Shown here: positions 55,498-63,103 of the stretch, piece by piece
Layout: each line of letters begins with the position of its first letter
Numbering within the stretch: position 1 is the first letter of the stretch
Origin: Pseudomonadales bacterium
GTDB taxonomy: Bacteria; Pseudomonadota; Gammaproteobacteria; Pseudomonadales; JAUIET01
Direction: 5' to 3'
DNA: 64,000 nt
NCBI GenBank assembly: GCA_045106985.1
Contig: JBGCFQ010000020.1
Location: forward strand, 138,429-202,428
Made by a program: the position numbers and the translations under genes
Notes under the pieces: generated by a model
Databases searched by the model: none
Told to the model about the DNA's origin: nothing
What the model saw: the letters and a program-made list of their open reading frames with translations, nothing else

Positions 55498-55863
55498 CTA
55501 AGCACGGCCACGCATTGCATCACAGTATTGAGCAACAGACACCAGGCCATCAACAGATTTCATCACCTGTAACGGTATTTGGTCGGCAAATGCATGATTG
55601 GGCGTGTTCAGCCAATGCTGTATATTTTTCGTATCTCCACCCATTAGCGTGTGAACAGATCGGTAAACACGCAACACAATTGCGGCAAGACGCCCTGCAT
55701 TCTGCTCTGGGTCAATATTCTCAGTCTGGTACACACGGGCCAGCGTCGTGCGATTGACGCCAAGAATATCCGCCATTTGCTGATTTTCGACGCCCATGGC
55801 TACCTGTGCTCTGTAGAGCGCCTTAGCGAGCACAGATTTAGCGTTGGCATGAACTTTAAGCAT
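55498..55863 (-). CDS. Xre-type antitoxin with a DUF2384 (MbcA/ParS-like) toxin-binding domain
   Basis: The ATG at 55863 is preceded by GGAGG. The product has an HTH (QQMADILGVNRTTLARV) and the C-terminal HWLNTPNHAFADQIPLQVMKSVDGLVSVAQYCDAMRG. Confidence 0.8.
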   Translation of the reverse strand: MLKVHANAKSVLAKALYRAQVAMGVENQQMADILGVNRTTLARVYQTENIDPEQNAGRLAAIVLRVYRSVHTLMGGDTKNIQHWLNTPNHAFADQIPLQVMKSVDGLVSVAQYCDAMRGRA

Positions 55864-55955
55864 GAAACCTCCGAAATAGATGTATTTCATCTATTATAGC
55901 CAAAATTCAACCAAGTAACCAGGCGTATGCGTCATAAGGCCTTAATATGATACTT

Positions 55956-57110
55956 TTACACCTTCTGAATAATCACCCCTGACTCAAGGAATGCGGATAT
56001 CTCTTCGGCGTGAAACCCAAGTTCGGTTAATACCTCCTTTGTATGTTGTCCAATTGTGGCGGGCGGGCGCTGAATTGTCGCCTCTGTACGGCTAAAACGA
56101 GGGGCTGGCTTTGGCTGCCATACGCCATCTTGGTCTTCAAAGGTCTCTCGCGCCTTATGATGAGGGTGTTGCCTCACCTCTGCCATTGACAGTACCGGTG
56201 CGTAGCAAACATCACTGCCTGAAAACACGCTATCCCATTCATCACGTGTTTTTTGTTTTATGAGTTCTGCCATTTGATCTTGCATTAATGGCCAATTCGC
56301 AATGTCGTATTGCTCGGCGAACATCTCTTTGGCAGGCGTACCAAGTTTCTCTAGCAACTCAGCATAAAACTGAGGCTCAATCGCCCCTAAGGAAATGTAC
56401 TTGCCATCGCTGGTTTCAAAGATTTCGTAAAAATGTGAGCCACCATCAAGCATGTTGGTGCCTCTGTTATCGCTCCAGTAATTCGCCTGAAAAGCGGCAA
56501 AAGTGCTGGTCATCAAAGCCGCCGTCCCGTCAATCATTGCAGCGTCGACCACCTGCCCCTGAGCCGACGATTTCGACTCAAACAAGGCGCAGACTAAGCC
56601 GAAAGCCAGCATGAGCCCACCACCGCCAAAATCTCCCACCAGGTTGAGAGGAATAGCTGGCTTTTCCCCTGCACGGCCAATCGCATGTGCGGCTCCGGCC
56701 AGAGAAATGTAATTGATGTCATGCCCGGCGCTGCTCGCGAGAGGGCCTTCCTGCCCCCATCCAGTCATTCGTCCATAGACCAAAGCCGCATTGCGTTGCC
56801 AACAATCTTCAGGACCTAAGCCAAACCTCTCCATCACTCCCGGTCGAAACCCCTCAATCAAGGCATCCGCCTTTTCCACCATGCGCTTCACTGTTTCCAC
56901 GCCGTCTGCCGTCTTCAGATTCACGCACACTGATCGCTTGCCACGATTTAACAAATCCAACTGTGGCTGATCATAATCGCCAAACGTACCCCCACCTGGT
57001 CGATCAATACGTATGACATCAGCTCCCATATCAGCAAGCATCATTGCCGCAAAGGGCGCTGGACCCAAGCCAACAATTTCAATAATAGTAGTACCGTGTA
57101 ATGGGCCCAT
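55956..57110 (-). CDS. CaiB/BaiF family III CoA-transferase (alpha-methylacyl-CoA racemase-like)
   Basis: The ORF extends to 57152. The ATG at 57110 gives MGPLHGTTIIEIVGLGPAPFAAMMLADMGADVIRIDRP, the family N-terminus. Confidence 0.88.
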   Translation of the reverse strand: MGPLHGTTIIEIVGLGPAPFAAMMLADMGADVIRIDRPGGGTFGDYDQPQLDLLNRGKRSVCVNLKTADGVETVKRMVEKADALIEGFRPGVMERFGLGPEDCWQRNAALVYGRMTGWGQEGPLASSAGHDINYISLAGAAHAIGRAGEKPAIPLNLVGDFGGGGLMLAFGLVCALFESKSSAQGQVVDAAMIDGTAALMTSTFAAFQANYWSDNRGTNMLDGGSHFYEIFETSDGKYISLGAIEPQFYAELLEKLGTPAKEMFAEQYDIANWPLMQDQMAELIKQKTRDEWDSVFSGSDVCYAPVLSMAEVRQHPHHKARETFEDQDGVWQPKPAPRFSRTEATIQRPPATIGQHTKEVLTELGFHAEEISAFLESGVIIQKV

Positions 57111-57304
57111 GCTGTTTCCTTTACTGATTCGTTCGTTGCTTGATCCACCCAAGATTGGAACAAAATCCTTACATGAAACGCAATGATTCTGTCGCTATAG
57201 CAATGCGCTATGTTAACTGTGCTCTTCCCTTTAAATCACTCACATGGCACATTTACTCAGTGAGCGATGAGCTCGCTCGCGAGTATTCCTGCAGAGATAG
57301 CACA

Positions 57305-57841
57305 ATGGAACAACACGATAATAAGCCAGATCAACGTCCGGAAACCACGGCTGAAAAAGAGCGCTTCTCTTCCGGGGGGCGCACATGGATGCTAGTTCTC
57401 CATGGTAAATGGGGCTTGGCAATAGATAATGTACTGGTGTGGTTAAGCGGATACTCACTGATGACAGCCCAGTATGCTTGGGCCAATCAAACAACTTATA
57501 CAGACACTTTAATGATCAGAACCATTGGCGCCAAAAGCAAACAACTGCGCACCGCTTGCCTACCTTACTTTCAGGTAGGCGGCGATCTTGTTGTACGTGG
57601 TAGCAATGGCGGAGGACCCACCGATCCTCATTGGGTTCATAACATACGAGCTAATGAACATGCATGGATAAGAGTAAATAGAAAAAATCGCCCTGTGAGC
57701 GCGCATGTAGCAAGTGGTGAAGAGCGTGACGCTTTGTACGCCGAGTTATGCCGAATGAGCAGCTCAACCGAAGGCTACCAGTTGATGTGCGCTCCAAGAG
57801 AGCTTCCTTTGGTTGTATTGCGTGACTGGAACAACACTTGA
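57305..57841 (+). CDS. DUF385/Ddn-like nitroreductase-family deazaflavin-dependent oxidoreductase
   Basis: The ORF starts at 57140, but that part overlaps the CoA-transferase gene. From the ATG at 57305 the core reads RTIGAKSKQLRTACLPYF..GGDLVVRGSNGGGPTDPHWVHNIRANEHAWIRV...ASGEERDALYAEL...RELPLVVL, which matches the Ddn/FDOR-A pattern. Confidence 0.7.
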   Translation: MEQHDNKPDQRPETTAEKERFSSGGRTWMLVLHGKWGLAIDNVLVWLSGYSLMTAQYAWANQTTYTDTLMIRTIGAKSKQLRTACLPYFQVGGDLVVRGSNGGGPTDPHWVHNIRANEHAWIRVNRKNRPVSAHVASGEERDALYAELCRMSSSTEGYQLMCAPRELPLVVLRDWNNT

Positions 57842-57890
57842 ATTTCGCTCTCCCCACGACTTCTGTCATTCACCAAACTGCGAGAATAAA

Positions 57891-58688
57891 ATGAACCCCG
57901 TATTGATTGAAAAAAACGACGGCGTAATGACCGTTACATTAAATCGACCAGAGAAGCGCAACGCCATTAACTGCGAATCAATGTGCATCCTGTTTGATGC
58001 GTGGCAAGAACTGGATTCCGACAAATCCCTCAGCTGCGCAATCTTGACCGGCAATGGTCCGATTTTTTGTGCAGGCATGGACCTTTCGGAAATTCCGATT
58101 ATGAGCACGGGCAAACCCAACAGCAATTATATGAAGCGCGCGATGGAAGATCCTGCACTGATCATGGGGGCCTGGCTTAGAACCTATAGGCCTAGCAAGC
58201 CAATCATCCTGGCCGCGGAAGGAGTAGCTCGCGCTGGAGGTACTGAAATTTTGCAAGGTACAGACATTCGAGTTGCAGGAGAAAGCACAGTGTTCGGCGT
58301 AACCGAAGTACAACGCGGACTGTTCCCCATGGCTGGATCGGCGGTACGCCTAAGACGGCAAATTTCCTACGCTGTGGCCGCAGAAATGTTGCTCTGCGGT
58401 GAAGATATGAATGCCCAGCGTGCCTATGAGCTTGGCTTGATCAACCATGTCGTTGCTGACGGGCAAGCGCTTGGTAAGGCTCGTGAAATAGCAACTCGTC
58501 TCACCAAGAACGGGCCACTGGCAGTCAAAGCAATACTAGCTACTTTGCGAGAAACTGAAGCTCTGAGCGAAGAGGATGCCTATCCTATCGAACAGGCACA
58601 TGGTATGACGGTGATGAGATCCAAAGATGCGATGGAAGGCCCTATAGCGTTTATGGAAAAGCGTGAGCCAGTTTTTAAGGGCGAATAA
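57891..58688 (+). CDS. Enoyl-CoA hydratase/isomerase (crotonase)
   Basis: The ATG at 57891 gives MNPVLIEKNDGVMTVTLNRPEKRNA. The oxyanion region is FCAGMDL and the C-terminus is EGPIAFMEKREPVFKG. Confidence 0.9.
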   Translation: MNPVLIEKNDGVMTVTLNRPEKRNAINCESMCILFDAWQELDSDKSLSCAILTGNGPIFCAGMDLSEIPIMSTGKPNSNYMKRAMEDPALIMGAWLRTYRPSKPIILAAEGVARAGGTEILQGTDIRVAGESTVFGVTEVQRGLFPMAGSAVRLRRQISYAVAAEMLLCGEDMNAQRAYELGLINHVVADGQALGKAREIATRLTKNGPLAVKAILATLRETEALSEEDAYPIEQAHGMTVMRSKDAMEGPIAFMEKREPVFKGE

Positions 58689-58710
58689 ACTTGGTAAAAG
58701 CAGGCTCGGT

Positions 58711-59253
58711 CTAATGACTCGAGCTTAGCTTTACCACCATAGCCTGGTGCATTTTGTTAAACGCTTTTTCTACATGTGCGGTCATATTTTGTTCAGCTGG
58801 AACTATATGAGCAACCAAACCGCCAAACTCTTCAAACTGCTCAAGCAGAGTGCCAGCTGTATTACTTTTCTTGAGCACAAAACAGTGGCGGGTGTCGAAC
58901 AGTCCAGGCAATTTTAATTTTCCTCGCCAGCAAAAAGACTGGCCTGGCACTATCTCGCTAACTGTGGGCTTCACCGTCAACACATCATCAAAGTTGCCAT
59001 CTATCAACTGTACTTCCAGGACTCCTCCCACAGCGAAGTGTCCTTCAACTTTTATAAGATACGGATTCCATTTAGGGTACGAAGAAAAACCGCTTAGTAA
59101 ACTCCAGCTCTGCTTTAAACCTGCGGGCAGTGCCACAGTACTTCGAACAACGAAAGCAGGTTCGTAGAATCGACTGCTAAAAAATGCGAGGCTTGCAACA
59201 AATAACAGTACAGCAACCGCTAGAACGGCTGCGAATAATCTTAGAACTTTCAT
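58711..59253 (-). CDS. SRPBCC-fold protein with an N-terminal membrane anchor
   Basis: 180-aa ORF with a TM segment (LRLFAAVLAVAVLLFVASLAFF) followed by a polyketide-cyclase/START-like pattern (YPKWNPYL...FCWRGKL). Confidence 0.6.
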   Translation of the reverse strand: MKVLRLFAAVLAVAVLLFVASLAFFSSRFYEPAFVVRSTVALPAGLKQSWSLLSGFSSYPKWNPYLIKVEGHFAVGGVLEVQLIDGNFDDVLTVKPTVSEIVPGQSFCWRGKLKLPGLFDTRHCFVLKKSNTAGTLLEQFEEFGGLVAHIVPAEQNMTAHVEKAFNKMHQAMVVKLSSSH

Positions 59254-59446
59254 GATTCATCCAACACTGAAAACAAGCAACGACCCACAACGAAGGAAAT
59301 GAAGGCATTTTATCATCTATGTCAGAACGAACTGCAAACTGCACAGCTCTGTAATCCAGCTGGCTTCCATCCAATCAGCAAACGGTTTATCGTAAGCGAA
59401 TTGGATTACCATCCTTTTGCTTAAACAACTCAACGAGACACGAATA

Positions 59447-61327
59447 ATGCCAGCAACCGAAACAGTATGGGACAGCCTAATACAAGGCGCTCTAGTCTTT
59501 GATGGCACTGGCGCGCCAGCGGAAGCTTTGGATATCGCGATTAAGGACGGTCGAATAGTCGCCAAAGGGTCAGTGCTTGCGCCACAAATGGCCGACGAGG
59601 TGATTAATGCCAATGGCCAATGGCTTATGCCAGGGCTTCTAGATATACATACTCACCTCGACCTAGAAGTAGACCTTGATCCCAGGCTCACGGAAGTGGT
59701 CCGCCACGGAACAACCACAGTACTGGTTGGTAATTGCAGTTTGGGCACGAGCTTCGGCCAGCAGATCGAAGACAATCAAAATCCCATAGTCGATTGTTTT
59801 ACACGGGTTGAGAACATACCCAAAAAGGTACTGCGTAAGTGCGTTGAAGCCGTGACCTGGAACAGCCCGGCAGAATACATGGACCACTTTGACAATGTGC
59901 CACTCGGCCCCAATATAGCCGCCCTACTCCCGCACTCTATGCTGCGTATTGAAGTTATGGGGCTCAAAGACAGCGTCAGCCGCGATCCAACAGAACAAGA
60001 ACTTACGCAAATGACTGAGCTTTTGGACGACGCACTCGATCAGGGCTATGTTGGCATGAGCACCGATGGGCTTCCATTTCATTTCCTCGCCTCTGAACCG
60101 TATACCGACCAGAGAATTCCGACTCAATTTGCAAAGTTTGGTGAGCTAAAACAACTGCTGCAAGTGGTACGCAACAAGAATCGCGTATGGCAAACCACTC
60201 CTATTATTGAAAACCGCGCCAAGGCTTTCGTTTACTTCGCGCTCACTAGCGGCCGCCTATTTGGCAAAACACTGAAGACATCAGCGTTATCGGTGATGGA
60301 GTTTGTGTTGATGCCCAATGCCAGTGGGGCCTTTCTCGGATTCGCCAAATTGATGAACAGCAAATTGTTCCAGGGCGACATGCACTTTCAGTCTCTGGCA
60401 ACCAATTTTAGAGTTTGGTCAGATGGCATAGTTAGCCCGCTTTACGAAGAGCTGGATTCAACGTGTCAACTCATAGCTAAAGAGTACGATGATGTAGAAG
60501 GCCGTCTCGCGCTACTCAATGACCCCGTATTCATAGAGCAGTTCAGAACGGATTGGCATCATGGCAGACGTGGCAATACTATCGCGCACCTAAAATCGAA
60601 GCTCGGTATGCCAGACAGTTTGGTGATTCGTGATTTGAAGCGCATGGTGTTCGATCGAGCACCCCTCGACCTATGGAATGGCGAGGATCTGCAGTCTCTA
60701 CTCGATCGATTGGAGAAATTCCAGAAAGGCGACGCGAACTCTGCCAGGTCTGACGAAGAAAGAGCAATATTTGATAAGTTCCCCTCACCCATTGAGGACG
60801 ATGCAAACTTCATGCTCCACCTTCTCCGGGAGTACGATCGTAACTTCAGATACTGGGTAGATGTCGGCAACGTCACCAAGTCAAAAGTAAAAGAGCTAAT
60901 GATGCACGACCAAGCGCTTCCAGGGTTTTCTGATTCTGGTGCGCACATTACGAATATGGCTTTCTTCGACGTTAACCTGATGGCTTTAAAGCTAGGCCAG
61001 GAAGATGGCACAGACATGGTTAGTAAAGTAGTACGTCGCCTGACCAGGGAGCCAGCGGAGTTTTTCGGGCTAGACACAGGCCGCCTGGATATTGGCTGCC
61101 AAGCTGACATCACGCTAGTAGACCCTGAAGCTCTGGAGAAGTACGACTCTAATGAAAACAGACAACTCATTTACCGCGAATTGTTTGAGCACGAGCAGAT
61201 GGTCAATCGGTCCGATGGCGTTGTAAGCCGTGTGCTTATAAATGGTCAAACCGTTTGGGTTGATAACGATTTCACGGAAGTTTTAGGTCAGCAGAAACTA
61301 GGCAAGGCATTACGGGCCGGCCAGTAG
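59447..61327 (+). CDS. Amidohydrolase, N-acyl-D-amino-acid deacylase family
   Basis: The ATG at 59447 gives MPATETVWDSLIQGALVFDGTG. The metal motif is MPGLLDIHTHLD. The C-terminal ADITLVDPE...VLINGQTVW is typical of D-aminoacylases. Confidence 0.8.
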   Translation: MPATETVWDSLIQGALVFDGTGAPAEALDIAIKDGRIVAKGSVLAPQMADEVINANGQWLMPGLLDIHTHLDLEVDLDPRLTEVVRHGTTTVLVGNCSLGTSFGQQIEDNQNPIVDCFTRVENIPKKVLRKCVEAVTWNSPAEYMDHFDNVPLGPNIAALLPHSMLRIEVMGLKDSVSRDPTEQELTQMTELLDDALDQGYVGMSTDGLPFHFLASEPYTDQRIPTQFAKFGELKQLLQVVRNKNRVWQTTPIIENRAKAFVYFALTSGRLFGKTLKTSALSVMEFVLMPNASGAFLGFAKLMNSKLFQGDMHFQSLATNFRVWSDGIVSPLYEELDSTCQLIAKEYDDVEGRLALLNDPVFIEQFRTDWHHGRRGNTIAHLKSKLGMPDSLVIRDLKRMVFDRAPLDLWNGEDLQSLLDRLEKFQKGDANSARSDEERAIFDKFPSPIEDDANFMLHLLREYDRNFRYWVDVGNVTKSKVKELMMHDQALPGFSDSGAHITNMAFFDVNLMALKLGQEDGTDMVSKVVRRLTREPAEFFGLDTGRLDIGCQADITLVDPEALEKYDSNENRQLIYRELFEHEQMVNRSDGVVSRVLINGQTVWVDNDFTEVLGQQKLGKALRAGQ

Positions 61328-61452
61328 CCGAAACCGATCTGCGCAGCCTGTGCAATGCAGGCTTAGCTAAGCAGCCCACGTAGAACAATAGAGAGACCTT
61401 TCCAAAAAGTTTACCTTTCAAAACGTCATTGAGGCTAACGGCTCTGGCGCGT

Positions 61453-61466
61453 GTCAATTATTTGAC
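61453..61466. promoter_or_regulatory. FleQ-box-like palindrome upstream of the zinc-ribbon/GGDEF-like gene
   Basis: GTCAATTATTTGAC has perfect GTCAA/TTGAC arms. It differs from the recalled consensus GTCaNTAAATTGAC at two positions. It lies 222 nt upstream of the ATG at 61688. Confidence 0.4.
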
Positions 61467-61687
61467 TACTCTTAGAGAATGATTGAAATTTGCGCGCCAA
61501 CTGTTTGTTATACATACAATTAATGAGCAAAAATTGATTATTTATTAGCCTTCTAGGATGGTGTTATGTAATTGCTTAGAACACCAAAGGGCAAATCGAC
61601 AAGGATTCGTTTAATAACTGAACAGTCAGGTTGCTTATCGACCGGTTGTGGCCGACCCACTACATTGGCAATACGTACAGGTAACAA

Positions 61688-63094
61688 ATGAATCCAGACT
61701 CTCATCCATCTCTAAGTGCACCCATTCTGCATTTGGAACTCGGCGCAAGCGCTTTACAGGCTCGAGCGTTTGGAGAGCTTGATTGCGTCCGCCTGGAGCA
61801 TTTTAGTAGCTCCGACGTCAATACCTTGATGAAAGACCGACCGGCCCTAGTCATTACTGCGCCGCGAGTTATTGATGCTGAACTGGCTATGATCGCTGTT
61901 AGACAGAGTGAGCAATATTGGTTTTTACCCGTTTTTCTAAGCCTACCCGGCACTGCAATTGCCGAAGCGCTTGCAGATGGAATGCCCCAGAACCTTGATG
62001 AGCTAGTGTCAAAGTTCGATCTCATTCAACTACGGTTGCAGGAGTTACCCGAGACACAATTAAAAAATGCGACGCCAGAATTCAAATTGTGCGCCTATCT
62101 TTACTCTCGTCCTGAAAGCTTACTAAGCCCGCTTCAATCCATCCATACGACTGAAGTGTGGACCTATCCGCTGGCCAATACCTTTTCCTCAGGTGAGCAA
62201 ACCGCAAACCATCTAATTTCTGACCTGGAGCAGCGCAACCTGCTCGCGCAGGGCAAACTGATTGATCGACTGAAGAGTTGTGCTAACTGCGAATCTGCCC
62301 AGCTAAGTTTTATAGATACCTGTCCTGACTGCAGCAGTATAGATATTGAAAACTCGCAGTTTTTTCACTGTTTCACCTGCGGTCATGTTGCCCCTGAATC
62401 GAAATTTATACGGCGCGACTGCCTGAAGTGCCCACAGTGCGAGACCAAATTTCGGCACATTGGCGTTGACTATGATCGTCCGTTAGAAGAGCTGTCCTGC
62501 AAGGCTTGCTCATCAGCATTTATAGACGGACAAGTAATTGCACGCTGTCTCTCGTGCGAAACAACCAACGACCCCGAACATTTGCGGTCGCGAAGAGTTT
62601 ACGAATATTCATTAAGCAGCAGAGCACCTTATGCAATACGACAAGGAGAGCTGGAAACACCACTAGAGCTTGTCGACCATAGCCACTTTGCGTCGCCCGC
62701 CTACTTCAATCAAATGATCGATTGGCTGGTATCGCTTGCTCGGCGTTATGAGACCGACGGTTTTAGTGTACTAAAACTTTCAGATACAAGCCCGGCTGCA
62801 GAGCGCAGTTCAACGAAGACTGAGCAAAATGAAGTGTTCTTCAGGCGCATAGCAGAACTCTCTCGCGAAACGGATCTGTTGCTAAGAGTCGGGTCGCAGG
62901 AGGTATGGATTCTTCTACCTAAAACCAATGCTCATGATAGGGAAATATTTGTTCGCGAAGTTCGCACACTGGCAGAGAAGCTCCGCCCTGGGCAAGGACT
63001 TGAGAGCTTGCGCATCTTTGGGCTGAGCGTGCCTGAAGACTTCACAAAAGACAGCACCGGCGCCACTGTACTAGAAGCATTGGAACGAGGTTGA
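61688..63094 (+). CDS. Triple zinc-ribbon protein with a C-terminal degenerate GGDEF domain (I-site retained); putative c-di-GMP receptor
   Basis: 468-aa ORF with six CxxC pairs between aa 198 and 290 (CANC/CPDC, CFTC/CLKCPQC, CKAC/CLSC). The C-terminal region aligns to the GGDEF fold (SPAYFNQMIDWLVSLARRYETDGFSVLKL ... RETDLLLRVGSQEVWILLP). GSQEV replaces GGDEF, and RETD sits exactly five residues upstream, in the RxxD I-site position. Confidence 0.65.
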   Translation: MNPDSHPSLSAPILHLELGASALQARAFGELDCVRLEHFSSSDVNTLMKDRPALVITAPRVIDAELAMIAVRQSEQYWFLPVFLSLPGTAIAEALADGMPQNLDELVSKFDLIQLRLQELPETQLKNATPEFKLCAYLYSRPESLLSPLQSIHTTEVWTYPLANTFSSGEQTANHLISDLEQRNLLAQGKLIDRLKSCANCESAQLSFIDTCPDCSSIDIENSQFFHCFTCGHVAPESKFIRRDCLKCPQCETKFRHIGVDYDRPLEELSCKACSSAFIDGQVIARCLSCETTNDPEHLRSRRVYEYSLSSRAPYAIRQGELETPLELVDHSHFASPAYFNQMIDWLVSLARRYETDGFSVLKLSDTSPAAERSSTKTEQNEVFFRRIAELSRETDLLLRVGSQEVWILLPKTNAHDREIFVREVRTLAEKLRPGQGLESLRIFGLSVPEDFTKDSTGATVLEALERG

Positions 63095-63103
63095 TCGAAA
63101 CCT

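Noticed and set aside
57140-57304. N-terminal extensions of several ORF-track models: 57140 for the Ddn-like gene, 57813 for crotonase, 5368 for fliP, 7593 for fliL, 9898 for fliK, 23359 for the sulfatase, 24552 for the ACAD, 55553 for RES, 55890 for the antitoxin, 57152 for the CoA-transferase and 59417 for the amidohydrolase.
   Set aside because: The extensions overlap upstream genes or promoters and lack homology-like sequence. Internal ATGs give canonical N-termini, signal peptides or Shine-Dalgarno spacing.
60559-61170. 203-aa minus-strand ORF, plus 60579..60806, opposite the amidohydrolase gene.
   Set aside because: It is antisense to a strongly supported CDS. Its composition is Ser/Arg-rich and it has no motifs.
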